Positions 49,900 to 64,000 of a DNA stretch of 64,000 nucleotides are shown here, piece by piece. Each line of letters starts with the position of its first letter. The stretch's first letter is position 1. The position numbers were made by a program, and so were the translations under genes. This stretch comes from Octopus sinensis (lineage: Eukaryota). The notes under the pieces are model-generated. The model made no database searches, was not told the origin of the DNA, and saw only the letters and a program-made list of their open reading frames with translations. The DNA lies in contig NC_043004.1 in the NCBI RefSeq assembly GCF_006345805.1, positions 43,090,001-43,154,000 on the forward strand. Direction: 5' to 3'.

Positions 49900-51700
49900 G
49901 CCCTAAAGAGCAGGGTGGTAACAAGAAAGAGACGGCCTCTAAATTTTTAATGACGTCTCGCACAAGTCCGCCCGGCTATCGCTACTAAATCGGAGGTAGG
50001 GATTTAGTTTTGGTCATATTCAGTAACATTATCTTAGGCGCTACATCAAGGAACATGATGTATACTGCAATACTTGTACCTTTCTGAACCAACATACCTA
50101 CGCCGTCTACCGATTGCAATCGACGAAAAACTGCGCTGGGATGCTAATGTATCAGAGATTCTGGCCCTGTTAACAGCCACCATGCATAAGTGCATTGGTC
50201 TAAGTTCGTTGTTCAGGTGGCTTTAATTTCAATACCTACAAAACCACGTTCTTTCACGTCGTCTATTCTGAGTGAGGCTAAGATAAATGAAAGATGTGAT
50301 GTGAGGGAGAAGACTCATATTATTCTTGAGAAGTGCAAGGGGATTTGTTCTTTCGGTTAGATGTAACAGTTTTGCGTGAAGATTTCATAAATTGCCTTGT
50401 TTTTCGTCCCATGAAAATCTTCCATTCCGTTAAGTGAGATTTTATTTCTTGGTTTATAGTCTTTGATTTTAATGAATGTGTGCAGTTGTACGTACTTGAT
50501 TCATTAATACTTTATTGTTTGAGTCCATGGCTATATGATCTACAGTGCTTCATGCAAGTTTGTTTTACTATGTGGTTTAGGTATATATTGTGGTTTTGTT
50601 TTGTTTGGGAGTTGCAACATGGAGACTATCCTTCATGGTGATGATAAATGATGACGCTGGTGGTGGTGACGTAGTTTGTCATTTGTTTTACGTCTACTGC
50701 CAAACCTCTCAGGTCTTTGTTAAGGCAGGTTATTTTGTTGTGCCAATCTTTGGCTTCCTTTTTATGGGGAAGGTTTTAATCTTCATTTCCTTCATTGCAG
50801 AACATAGCAAAAAATAACTTCAGAGGTTGTCTGAGGAGATGAGTCCAGCAACATATTATATACTATTGGGCCAGGGAAATTGGCTCCTTGTTGTTGTTGA
50901 TGTCAGCCCTGTTATTCGTGTTGCTGTTGCTGTTGTTATTATCATAGTACGTACTGTTGCATTCACTTATGGTTTGGAGGATGCTAATTCTGATTTTAGT
51001 TTTCCAATTATAATTTTTGTTGTTGTTGCTGCTGTTGTGGTGATATGCATTTGCTGCTAATTTTAGTTGATGTATTCTTTGAATGAATGGTGTTGCTAGA
51101 AGTGACTGTCTTCCATTGCTCGTTCTTTTTTTGAAGAACGTAAAATATTAGATGATTCCGGTCATCTTTTAAATTGCTACTTAACATTTTGCCCTTAAAT
51201 GCTAGGAGGGGTTGGGAGCAAATTGGCAGATTAATTTTGCCTAGGATATTTTACACACTTTGTTGATCTGTTAATAAAATAATTTTTTGCTCCGAAATGT
51301 TTCTTGAATATTGAGTCAAATGATCGCTACTGCACAGCCGATAACCACCTCCAGTGGAACATGAACAACCTTATTTTTACCAATATCTTGCCGAGGACGA
51401 GCGGTAGGAGAACCGGCTCATCACATCTTAGAGGTTTTACTGAAAGCTTCACGGCCTCCTCTTCGGTCTAAAATCATATATCTGCCATATGAAAATTTCT
51501 TTTTTGAGCGAAATATGATTTAGGACACAAGATTTGCTGAGGGAAATTGTCAGTAAGAGTTCCTGCTACAAGAATCACTTCTCCTGACTTCTGTTTAATA
51601 CAGTTTTTGCTTTGTGTTGGTTCAGCTACATCTTATGCAAAATTGACTTTCGCTGACGCACGTTTTCTCAGCCATGGATTTCTGAGGACTCGGCATAGGT
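49900..51700 (-). mobile_element. Probable Tx1/L1-type ORF1 to early ORF2 remnant
   Basis: TEEEAVKLSVKPLR..LLP..GKI.VKIR ORF1-like segment, Thr/Ala/Asn low-complexity linker, and HLNNELR..VAVNRARISD APE-start-like segment. Heavily decayed. Confidence 0.4.
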
Positions 51701-53375
51701 TCTGACTATTAGAATGAAGCGATTGTTTTAACGTGTCAAGATTTTGCTCTGTACCCCTATCGAACAATAATCATAACTAAATTTTCTGCTGTTGCTTGCC
51801 CTCTTTCTTTACGTCATCGTCGTTTAACACAACTTAGATTCCGTTTCACATGTGTATTAGTCTATACTGAGTTGCAATACCTTCCTTTCTACATCGTTCA
51901 GAACAAAAGTCCGGTAAAGTTTTTTAGCACTGTCCATATTTCGTTCTTCCAAATTTGAAGCACCAGATATGGAGCAAGTTGTACGATGCAACAACATTGA
52001 CTCATCTGCAATTTCCCCTATGTGGATAACATTGCAAAATGCTGTGATAGAAGTAAAAAATGAAATAGGATTCCACGCATCAATTTAAATTGCTATTTAA
52101 CTGAACGAAAATCATAAAACCTCGCACAATTTACTTTTTGTTTAATTTCTTGCAATTGCCCTTTAATTTTTCTTACGCAGTCTACCCTCGTAGCTTCTGA
52201 TTGACAAATTACGCTAATAAATATGTTGTAGGTTTGTTGGCATTACATATAATATGTCGTATAATGTAATATTTTCTCTTATTTTAACATGCATAATTTT
52301 CTACACTCGCATCAACATAAGTGCGTTGAATTTTTCATTTACTCTTTCTCCTGTATATTTTCTGTATCGTATCTAGTTACCTTCACTATAAATTTGCTGA
52401 AATGCTTGTTCCGTTGCTTTAAAAATGAAAATAAAACTAAAATTCCCCAGAAGCACAAATATAAATCTAGAAGCTACACATTTACCCTTTTCTAATTTTC
52501 TTGTGGTTTTATACGAGCTTTATACCAAAAAGCAAAACAAATATATTCCGATAGAATTACAGACTATAATTTACCAAGAATCGAAAATACGCTCGTTCGT
52601 GGCAAATTATAGCAACAAAAAAACAAAACCGCAACTATAAAATTAGACAGATACGAATTAAAAAGAGTAGTCGCAAAAAACGGAGAAACGAGTAAGGAAG
52701 ATGCATCTGGCTATGATTGGATGTAAGTTCCTTATTTTAATGAGAAAATAAACGAATGTATTGAAATGTGACTATGCATTGCACCAATGGCTGATTTAAA
52801 GTAGAAAGTAATTTATTTTGGTGCATAAGGCGAAAGACCACTAGTTGCGATGTATCATCAAACAGCAAGTTCAAATACGCTTTGTAAGGTCTATTCACTG
52901 AGCAAACATATCAGTAATTCCAGCTGAATGATTAGTTGCTGTGAAAACACAAGATCCCAGAAATATTCAAGACAGATCGTCTCATAATTGGCAAGGTAAT
53001 ATCTCGTAATGGTAAGCTACAAAGAGCCAATATGTGAATGGCGTGGAAAATCGTAGAAGAAAAAAACATATTCTCAGATAATCCATTCATAGCTACTGTA
53101 TCGTATGGCAATGCGTGTAATTGCAGAAAATGTTCTCAATATCATAACATCCAGCATGCAATATTGGGAAAAATGCATATATAACGGCAGTATCTAGTTT
53201 CTGTTCCATTTAAGCGGAATATTTGTCATCACTGACAAAAATATTAATATCATTGATATTATCCCCTAATCATATATTGTGAAATTGCAATTGGAAAAAA
53301 CATTGGTGGGGTAGTGTCAACTGGAATTCCTCTCCGATTTATTGTATTGAGGACTTAGCATATTATGAGATATAT

Positions 53376-53377
<2 letters not shown>

Positions 53378-53462
<85 letters not shown>

Positions 53463-53463
53463 T
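53378..53463. repeat. (TAA)n microsatellite
   Basis: Direct reading. Confidence 0.95.
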
Positions 53464-53527
53464 AAGGGAGTATATCTCCAATCTTACAGGGAAAAAACTT
53501 ACAGTATTATATTATTTATATATTATG

Positions 53528-53564
<37 letters not shown>

Positions 53565-54349
53565 GCATATATGTGTATATATATGCATGTATATGTATAT
53601 ATATATATATATATAATATATATATATATATATAATATATATGTTTATATACAATTATATACACAAATATCTTATTGTAGTACTTTGTGGTGACAAGCGA
53701 CTATCTCGAACATATAAAGGTTTCAAGTAGTCTGTGTTTATCTACCAATGCAAGCAATTAGTTATAACCTTTTATTCACAATCCTTATGGCAATTGTGTC
53801 ATGAGGCAAAGTTAAATAGTTATTTAAAGGACTCAGAATTCCAGAATCTTGATTGCTACCACCAATAGTTGCATTGAGCAGCGATATTATTTTTCTGCCT
53901 TCATCAATCGAAATAAAAGGTTATTAATTTACAACGATACGGACAACACAGCACAGAAGAATAAAAATGAACCGATAACTCTTGTCCGATTTGAAACCTA
54001 AATTTTTGTACTAAGTATAAAGACTTACAAGATGATAAAGATGCATGCACATCGCATTGTATAACGTGAAAATGCGACTGTGATGGACACGTGAATTATA
54101 AATTTTAACGTTTAGCCAATATATACAATGACAAAATGCTAATAATTTGTAAGCCGAGGGTTAATATCGAGTTAATGCTACAGCGTAATGTGTATCCTTT
54201 CCGGTTCTCTTTTACCGAATAAATTGTGATAGAGTGAAGTAAGTTTCTGCTATATATAGGGTACGTCTTGTTTTCTTCCTTCCACGCAAATACACGGCAT
54301 TGTACATGTCACATTGATATGAATACAGTTAATGTCATTTATATTAATA

Positions 54350-54560
54350 TATGTTTGAAATCTTGGCACAGGGCCAGCAAGTTCTGGTGGAGCGTTAAGT
54401 CGATTACTATGTTCAACTATCACTAATTTTCTCGACCTCAATATGATAACAAGCAAAATCTGATCGCGACCGGATTCGAAATCAGAGCGCAAAGAATAAA
54501 AAAATATCTTCAAACAGATTGTCTGGCTTTCTGAGGAATCTACCAACTCGTCGCCTTGTT
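54350..54560 (-). mobile_element. Degenerate SINE family B-like copy
   Basis: tcttggcacagggccagcaag..aagtcgatta..ctcgacc..ttcgaaatcagagcg..ctcgtcgcctt parallels 26680-27075. Confidence 0.5.
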
Positions 54561-54909
54561 ATTAATAGATGCAGAGATATAGATAATTCCAGTTCCTTGT
54601 TTTATTTAGTCTAGAGACCCTGCTACATATGAAATGAAAAGCCCACCATATAATGGACCATCGTTTACAGGGCGCCGCTAAACTCATTCTTCGCCCGCAA
54701 TAGCCTCAGCGAAAGACGTCACATACTTTACAAACCTGCTGTATGTATGTATCAAATGGAAATACGAACTATTATTTTGCTGTCACCAAAAGTACTACCT
54801 CCTTGTGAAATTTATACCGACTGGCCATCTTAAATTTGAGTGCTTCGCAACAGTGGCTACTCTTCAGCACTGGCTTCTCTACGACCAAAAACGAAGTTTC
54901 TAGCCACTA

Positions 54910-56062
54910 ACTAGCAGCATAGCCCGGCTTTGCCCGGGTATGTAAGAGCCCCTAGTAGTCAACGACTAATCCCAATCTAGTCCTTTCCCTCTAGGGAACG
55001 AAGGCGCATGTGTAGGTTGTAAATGTCTTCTCTTCACTTCCAAATAACTATCAAACAGCTATCGATAATTCAGCCCAACCAATTCCTACCAGGAAGAAAT
55101 TACATCCGAGACTTTACCCCCAACACCGGCACTTCTGCTAATAGCTGCTGCAGCCGCAAGTTATTCGAATATTTTTTTTGTTTAAACTTTCTTTATAATT
55201 ATCACCCCAAACGTTTTACCTTAAATTTTTGACCTACCCTAAGGGTCCTCGGACGCTACTTGCAAACTCTTGATTTATTATAAACCGCTTTTGTCGTGTG
55301 CACCAAAAAACCTTTTCCATTCGTTTGTTCAGTTTGGTCACTTTTGACTTTTTCGTTTTGTCACATTGCTGCCCGCTTTTTTGCCGTTTTTGTACATTTT
55401 TATACATTTTGGGATACTTACCCCACGTATTCCGAGAGTTAAAAAGGTCACGTTGCGTCCCCTAGACAGTCTGTGGTTTGTGTTTAATACACAAATCGGT
55501 TTGCTATGTGTGCCACATATGATTTAATTAACTGATTTTTTCCAGTAATAAAGTATCCTATTGGAATAAAAGGGGCCATATAGCTCCTTGGAGCAGACAT
55601 GATACTCGCTGTGAATTAAAAAAAAAATTCCTGCCAATTTGTGAAAGATATTGTCGAAAATATGTCATCTTGAATTTGAACGCGATTTCCCAAAATGGCA
55701 TGATTTTATCGATTTTTTCTGATGGTAAGGTATTGCATGGGACACTAACGTCAGAATTAAGTTTCTTAGGGTAACATTAAGCCTCACCATGAGTTTGGTG
55801 AAAATCGATTGCAAGTTGCGAAAACTACAATAGAAAATGTGTTGCATATAAAAAGCTTAGATTATCAACCCCATGTCGAATTTATCGATTGTTTTCAGAA
55901 CTGGGGGAACTTTTCAAAATTTTCGCTGCGTTAGGTTTGAATTATGACATTGGGCTATGTGTGTGTCAAGTTTCAGCAGAATCGTTTGAAAGCCTTGGTC
56001 AGGGTGAGGGTACAACCTGACAGACACACAGACAGACAAACTGCCGTTTATATAGAGAGAGA
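54910..56062 (+). mobile_element. Non-autonomous Helitron/Helentron-like element (DINE-1/Lep1-type architecture)
   Basis: 5' actagcag..cccggctttgcccggg hairpin. 3' aagtttcagcagaatcg..(acag)n..tttatatag. Architecture recalled from insect HINE-like elements. Confidence 0.5.
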
Positions 56063-56826
56063 TGTCGATGCAGAACGAAGGCTAAACCCACAGAATTATG
56101 CCTCCCTTATGACCCCCTACATTCGCCTTGATAAACGGGGTGTGCGCCCCCAAAGGCACACACACATGTCTATGAACACACATTTATACACGCACACACG
56201 CAAGCAAACATAAGTACACACACAACTATATAACTATACTTTTGCTTTCCTCACACCCTCCTTTTCAGAACACAACCAATCCTGTGTCCAACGCCTATCA
56301 ACCATGGCTGTTGAGCTAAACTAGTATGATTCTGCAACACATAATTATCACATATATATGTATATATGGGCGCACGTACACACACATATATGTACGTCTA
56401 GAAAGACACGAACTCGCACATTTATACACAAATACAAGTGTATACATACTTATCCGCGTACACACACACACATACACACACGCACATACATTACAAATAC
56501 GTTTGCGCATGTATGCATATAAAACAGGCTCTAACGTATAAGAATTTGCACACACACACACACACTCTGACAACGAACCTCAACCCCAGTCTACGATCTT
56601 ATATGTCTGGTGTACACATTGTACACACACACAAACATTCTCTCCAGCCTCGCTTCTGTCGGCTTCCAAGTCCCTTCAAATGCCTGCCAGATACCAAAAC
56701 CAGAGGAGCTTTTCTCTGTCTCCTGGTTTTGAAGAGCTTCGCTCGAAACGTAGACCACCCTTTGTTACCTCCCCCGAGCGTCTTATGTTCTGGCGTTGGA
56801 GATTTGACTTGTCTTTTTTTCCCCAT

Positions 56827-56855
<29 letters not shown>

Positions 56856-56861
<6 letters not shown>

Positions 56862-57330
56862 TGGCAAGAAATAGAGTTACGATTTTTCTTAATAACTCCT
56901 GTCAATTTTATGATTTTCTTTACGATTAGCATTTGATAGCCGTTACTTATACCTTACTTTAGAAGGAAATTGCGCGTAATTTTTCTACACCAGTTGGTTC
57001 AGTGTCAACATTTTCAAAAACGAGCATTTTCATCATATTTGCTTCTTTATTTCCGTAAAGCGAAGAAAGCCGCTGAGACTCACAAAGATATATATATGAA
57101 GTTTATTGTATTGATTGCTTAACAGAATGCACATGTCACAAATGGTTTTAATCTATCAGTTCTGGGGGTCATAAAGGAGGCATAATCTGGAGATTTTTCG
57201 ACGTTCTAAAATTGATGATTACCGAACCAAAGCCATAAATGAATCTGATTGTAATATAATTGTGCGAGTGATGGCAGAGAGGCTAAATGTATCACAGACA
57301 CTAAACTATTATGTGTGATTGAACAAATAC
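56856..57330 (+). mobile_element. Mariner 5' remnant (TIR plus HTH region)
   Basis: TA + gggttggcaagaaatagagttacg. Frameshifted KNEHF.HILLLYFRKAKKAAETHKDI.EVY..DCLTECTCHKWF and VMAERLNVSQT. Confidence 0.8.
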
Positions 57331-58479
57331 ATCCGGCATCATCTTAAAAGCGAGTAAGGCGTGTGATAAAGCCGGATGTATTTGTTTAATCAAACATGAT
57401 AGATTGGTAGGACGACATGATATTAATTAATTCATTACCACAGACCACAATACGTGTATAACTCCACGAAGACTCAATTCTGGACGGATGGATACGATCA
57501 TTCCTCTTTTCTTTCGAGGGATATGTAACTGGGTCAGTGATTTGAATGATTCCTTCCCCCAACTATAAACTCTACTATTCTCTAAATTCTGTTTGTTCTG
57601 ACCTGATATAAACTATTTGGTAAACTCATTCTGCCAACTGAATAACAGTAGAATCAATGTAAATATTTTAGCCCTGTGGAGTTGTGACGATGGTAAATCA
57701 GTCGAATTGTCATTTATGTTTGAAATTTATGCAATTACCTAACTGATTAATGATAATTTTATCAAGTTATCATTGATCTGTTATTATTTTCATCATACCC
57801 GCCGTAACCAAGGATACCAATACCCTGCTCCTTTCTGCATTTTATTTAAATACGTGAGCTCGTTATTCTTTTATCTGTGTACCGAGTATATCAATGTCAC
57901 CATTTAAGATATTTTTTTAAAATTTTACATTATGTAAACTTTGAACTATTAATCTTTGAAAAAGCGTAAATATATCGGTTATTAATTTTTTCCTCGCGTA
58001 TATTTTCCAGATACAAACAATCAGAATAATTTCATTTAGATGTTTTGTTTTGATATATCTATGTGAAAGTAACATATGTGTTTTGATAATTATTCTGCTT
58101 GAACTTCTATCAAGAAACGCAAATATAGAAGAAAAAATGATGTTTTCGTGAAACAAAAACAAAACTGAATATTAAAAGATAATTATTAGGTATAATTCAA
58201 CTGGCATTCCGTCAATTACGACGTCGAAGTTTCTATTTGAAACGACCAACGAAAAAGCATACTCGGAAATTACGTTCAAATGGCTGAGAATTCCCCAGTC
58301 GTGTCTGCCTTTATAAGTTGCCTCAGCATGTGCAGTTCCCAGGTAGAATGTGACAAGAGCAGGTCCTTTGAAATATAGGTACTACACATTTTTAACAGCT
58401 TAGTGGACTGAATCAAATTGAAATGAAATGTCTTGCTTAAGGACACAGTGGTAGCAAAGATCAACTATTGATATACAAA

Positions 58480-60830
58480 AAATGTAATCCCAGATGGTAA
58501 ACGAAGGAGAACAAATCTGGGAATAGACTGGATTGACTATCGCAAAGCTTATGATAGGATTTTCTACATTCGTGGCTCATCGAGTGCTTACATCTGTTTA
58601 TAATTGCGAGGAATGTAACGTGTTTTCTGAAGTGAAGTATGGTGGGATGGAAAATTGAACCGGCATCTTTCGGTAAAAGCTTGGGCAACCTGGGTAGCAG
58701 AAGAAGGATTTTCCACAGGGACAGCCAGCCTCTGGCTGCTTTTCGTTCGCTGCATGATAACTTTGACCTTGGTGCTCAGGAACATGAACCAACTAAAGGA
58801 AAAATTCCAAGCAATCAACAACCCCATCTTCATGGATGATTTGAAACTGTATGACAAAGATGAGACACAAGTGAGTTCCTTGGTAAACATGGTCCACTGT
58901 TTTAGTACTCATACTAGAATGGAATTTGTACTCAAGAGTAATCTACCTAAAAGAATGTCATGGCATAGTCCCTAGCAGGGATACAATTACCGAATACAAA
59001 CTTGATTAAATTGAAACCTAAGGATGCAAATACCTTGGTGTGCTAGAGTGCAACGAGATAATAGAAAAGGAAATGGAAGAGGAACTGATGATGAAGAATT
59101 TCTGAAGACTGAGGTTGGTGCTGCTCTCAAAATTGACTGGAGGGTAGAAAATAAAAGCGGTTAATACGTGGGCCATAGCATTACTTCAGTATGGAGCGGG
59201 AATTATAAAATGGCAAAAGATAGAAGTGAAGAAAATGGATAACAAGACCAGATAAATCTTGACAGTACTCGGAGCCTTCAGCCCTAAGAGTGACACCGAT
59301 GGACGAAAGAGTGGGAGAGGTTTGATCAGTTGCAAGTACTGTATCAAAGCAAAGATAACAGCCTAGGGTGCTATATAAAAATGCCGAGGAGTCACTGTCT
59401 CATCAAAACTGAAATTTGTGTAACGAAAGTAAAATTTAAACAATAATTGAACAAAAGAAACTAAAACATGGAAGGATGAAACATGTACGGTCAATTTGGA
59501 AGAGATGTGAACGCCAAGACAGATAGAGAGGACCGGTGACTATGGATAAGGAGGGGTGACCTGCAGTTAGAGACAGGAGCACTCATATGCACAGCTCAGT
59601 TACAAGGGTATGTACGCATGTACATGTACGCACACACATACATAGGCACATGCATACGTGCGCGTATACATACATACGCACAGGCGTACGTACGTGCATA
59701 CATACATACATAGATACATACATACATACATACACACATAAATACGTATATATATATTTAACCTGAACTAACTAGATGTAAGGGAGAAAAAACAAAAAAA
59801 TATCAAGCAATAGTAAAACGAAAGTTTTGTGATATAGAGATAAATGTCTGATAATAGGTTTTAGAGTTTTTTTTGGGGGGTGAGGGTCGTAAATCACTTC
59901 CTAGTTTCGGCGGGGAAGGTTGAAATTTGATATTATTGTGATGAGTGGTCAGTCTACATCTATCCATCACTAAAGGTTTATAGCTTTAAGTTTATAGTGT
60001 GTATGTGCATGAATATACACACACATACTTACATATATACATACATACATACATACACACAGGCGTATGTACGTGCATACATACATGCATGTATGAATAC
60101 ATGCGTGTATACATACATACACACATACATACGTACATATATATGACGAACTAAATGTTACTTTCTCAGATGCAGCACGGATTTTTGTCAGTGAACAGGT
60201 CGCGGATTTTAGCGACGAAAATATTTTGACAAATTAAACTTAAATGGCTTACAAACACCTTCCACATGAAATGAAGAGAAATACAAGTAACTGTCGGATA
60301 TGTGGTGATGGAGAAAAAGTAACAAATCGTATTATAATCTGACTGCCCAGTCCTGGCTAAGAAGGAATATATTCAAAGACACAACCCATATACATTGGAA
60401 TATATGCCAACATTATGGAATAACAACAGTAAAAATGTAACATAAGCACACCCCAGAAAATGCACAGAAAATGAGGACCCAATCATACTTGGGAACATGC
60501 CAATACATACACGTACAGGCTAATAGGGCGGATATAGTTGCCATAAATGATCAAGAAAAATGCTTTCTAAGCGCGATGTATCAGTATCAACAGATGATAA
60601 TGTTTCTTTAGAAGAAGCGGAGAATTCTTTCAAAATACAAAGATCTGGAAATAAATGTAACTCGAATGTGGAATCCCAAAACAGGAACAATTCCTAGCAT
60701 AGTGGGCGCATTAGGTGTGATTAAAAATATTCAGACAAATACATAACAAAAACACCAGGAATAACACGTATGTATAACATTAGGCCTCGCACACATCCTG
60801 CGTAAAACACTTCCAATACACTAAAAATAA
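58480..60830 (+). mobile_element. R4/Dong-type (restriction-like endonuclease) LINE remnant, interrupted at about 59620-60170
   Basis: WIDYRKAYD; IFMDDLKLY; CRICG; RADIV..D..V....E...KYKDL; IPSIVGALG; HILRK. Confidence 0.85.
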
Positions 60831-60944
60831 GAGCATCACAACAAACTAAACTACAGACTCAAGACACACGCTTCTGCGCTCTGCAGTGCAGTGAAAGCAC
60901 ATGATAAAAATAAGACCATGGATTAATAATTATTTCAAATTTTT

Positions 60945-61023
60945 GAATTTGAACTCAGAAAGGCAGTCGAAATATCACTAATCATTTCGCCCGGTGTGCT
61001 AACATTTCTGCCAGCCCACCGCA
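60945..61023 (-). mobile_element. SINE family B head fragment
   Basis: Reverse complement gcggtgggctggcagaaatgttagcacaccgggcgaaatg..ctgagttcaaattc. Confidence 0.7.
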
Positions 61024-61679
61024 TTTACTGATTATTAATAATAATCATCTAGGATTATTGTTTATATAACAATCATATTTCATTCGCTTCATATATTGAT
61101 TTTGCATTTGAAAGCATGGTTTGAACAGCATGATAAGATCTTATCTATTTCGTTACATCGCAAAAGTTTCTGTATATAGAACGGGAGATACGTGATATGT
61201 TTTATTTACATGCAAGCAGTTACTATACCGCCAGTTAATGAGAGAGGACCGTCAGTGAAAACAAATTATAGCCTGGCATTAACACTTGTCAACTTAATCC
61301 TCCTTTATCTTTTCCGGAAATACTGAATATGATATATGAGGACAATCACCGACTTACCGGTGCGTTAACACATACAGTCACATGTGTACACACGCACTTT
61401 CAATGAATTTCTTCTTCGTATTAAATTTATATTTCTTGGACGGCAACAGTAGCAATCTCATTAGCAGTTTCTTAGGCTGTGTCGCGGTTTCGTTTTTTTT
61501 CACCGATTTGTCAACAGTATTTAGAGAGAATTTTTACTACAGGTAAATCTAACAAGGACGATATTGCATGATTAATTATTAGCAGCATTTGCACAATCTC
61601 TCATAAACATGTCCGCGAAGGGGAGTATCCTTCCCCCGGGAAAATCGCGGCTACAAAAGTCTGTCCTTGTACGAAAGTG

Positions 61680-62113
61680 GGATCTTTTCGGTTTGAATGG
61701 CAGTTTATAACATAATTTCTAGGTAATTAAAAAAAATTTAACTTCGTATACTGGTAAAAAGTGTTTATAAAACATCTTTTTCTCTTGGCTTTATTGAGAA
61801 AATTCTATAGTTTGTAAGATATTTGTTGTTTTTTTCTTCAATTTCTGCAATTTCAACCAATCACTTACGTCTATTGAGGTAAACAACCTTCTGTGCCATA
61901 TGAATATGTTTCCCTCATTTAAGAAACAGATTGGGTTTATTTACATTTGTGAAGAAAAAAAGATACACTTCCCCCACCCCTAACCCTAACCCTAACTAAC
62001 CCTAACCCTAAAAGAAATTGAAATGCAATAGATCGATTCTAGGGTCATAATTATGGGTGACAATTTTATATGACACCGCTAGAAAAAAACTGCCGTTCAA
62101 ACCGAGAAGATCC
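61680..62113. mobile_element. MITE with 27-bp TIRs and 8-bp TSD (cgaaagtg)
   Basis: TIR ggatctt(t/c)tcggtttgaa(t/c)ggcagttt. TSD at 61672-61679 and 62114-62121. Internal (CCCTAA)n. Confidence 0.85.
61978..62011. repeat. Interstitial telomere-like (CCCTAA)n, about 5 units
   Basis: ccctaaccctaaccctaactaaccctaaccctaa. Confidence 0.85.
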
Positions 62114-62441
62114 CGAAAGTGTTAAATATAATTGTGCACAGTTATATTTCAATCACCGTTTCCCGGTTAACATCTAAATAAGTTCAGCTTGACCAAGACT
62201 TTAACTGATTCGACATTTTATTTTTGTATCGTTCAAATTTACGATTAACGATCCCCCGTATGCAGTGAACTGTAGATTTGATGAAGGAAGCTGATAAATC
62301 GTACCCACACAGAAAGATATGGTATATGAAACGAAAATATCTTTCATAGCACAGTGGATTTCTGTCCCGCACACTCACATATACATACATACACACGCAA
62401 ACACATACACACACATATATGTGTAGATATACTATATATAC

Positions 62442-62477
<36 letters not shown>

Positions 62478-63076
62478 ATTTATATACACATATACATACA
62501 CACGCACGTGCACACACACAAATACTCATATACATGTACACATGTACATGTATATTCATGTGCATTTTCTTTTTCACTTGTATATTCTCAAACCATTAAT
62601 AATGTAAAAATTATATTGGATGCTTTTATTCATGATACTAACCAGGTGTTCATGTATGCGGTTTGTTACGCTAATGATACCCTACTGCATCTCGTCTGTT
62701 GATGCCCAGGCAGCGTTCATGCGTATACCACTGTTGACGACGCCAGACTGAATGATAATGCTCAGATGTGGAAACACTAGTAACATACGTTGGGTACCTG
62801 CAGTTGGGAATGTATGTTTGACATGTTGACATGTTTATTTGCGAATCAATTATACACTGGAGTCTTCTGAATTCTCCTTTCTTTTAGTAGGATTTAGCAT
62901 GTTTTATGAGACCATGGTTTACGATGATTAAATAGATTGATATTGCATGATTGACTTCGTGGTTAACGTTTGGAAGCTAGGATAATAATTAATGGTGTTT
63001 TCTTTGGGGAGTTTATGTAGCACACACATATACACGAACTCACTCACTCATATACGCAAACATATATACGGACACA

Positions 63077-63128
<52 letters not shown>

Positions 63129-64000
63129 GTAGAAATATGTTATAAAAAGAAAATATAAAATACACGTGGAAATATAAGGGTAAAACATGAAAAATCAACG
63201 AAAATGCACTTTGCAAATAAAAAAAGGCTATTTATGATAGGTAACGACAAATATATACATTTATATATATATATATATATATATACCGAAACACATGCGG
63301 ATATATATTGACACTTTCTCATAACGACAGATTTCCTTTTAATATTTTTTTCTGTTTCTTTCATTCAACGGTAGACACCAACACATAACAGCACTCGTCA
63401 AAAATATCAATTCTAAAGCATAATATACCCCCACTGAACATATTTTTCTAGGGAAAATACCGTCAGCCTATATAGGAAAAATTTCAGTGTCAGAATTAAG
63501 ATAAATCAACACTTACGTGCAAACATTAACTAACACCGAAGAGAATACTAGCCAAAAATGTTTCGCAAAAAGAAACCAACCAAAAACCAACAAAAACACT
63601 TATTCACTGAGATCTTCGTGTATAGAAAGGAAAGCATACTTCTTAGGCAGTTTACTTCAGTTTCTTGGTAAATAAAAACCCAATGATTTTCAATAATCAA
63701 AAAATCCTTTATCAAAAGAAAAATGTCAGCAATCAATGGACACGAATCACACTCGATTAAAAAACACCCTCGCTTTAGAAAAATGCTACATAGCATCTAA
63801 CGGTATATATACAATCATGTCAACATACACAGCTTAGTGCAAACTAGATGACTATGTATTTGCAGGTTTGTGACTACGTACTTTAGATCAGTGAAGAATT
63901 GTACGTAAAATTACAGTTGACCGGCACTAAATAATCCCTATTGGGAAATGAATCTTCTCAAATTTAACTTCTATAACTGTTCACTAACAATATGTAAACT

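Noticed and set aside
54835-54875. Hammerhead-like CTGAAGA..GAAG on the minus strand
   Set aside because: No helix III or NUH site; the flanks pair directly.

Overview
AT-rich eukaryotic non-coding DNA, intronic or intergenic. The SINE, LINE and microsatellite content points to a coleoid cephalopod, probably Octopus (inference from recalled repeat families). No intact protein-coding gene is supportable: nearly all listed ORFs are microsatellite read-throughs or frameshifted retroelement debris. The window holds decayed LINEs (RTE, CR1, Tx1/L1, R4/Dong-type), a Neptune-type Penelope-like element (PLE) remnant, two mariner remnants, several tRNA-derived SINE families, MITEs and a 4.4-kb composite satellite (90-bp units / about 129 x 26-bp units / 90-bp units). 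The main discovery is a set of short elements next to (TA)n tracts that carry type I hammerhead ribozymes with minimal self-complementary helix III, in four sequence families. One is a 1.5-mer of a 484-bp unit with two hammerheads exactly 484 nt apart and an apparently identical 239-bp overlap. This is the footprint expected from rolling reverse transcription of a circular (retrozyme-like) RNA. All structures were folded by eye; none is experimentally tested.
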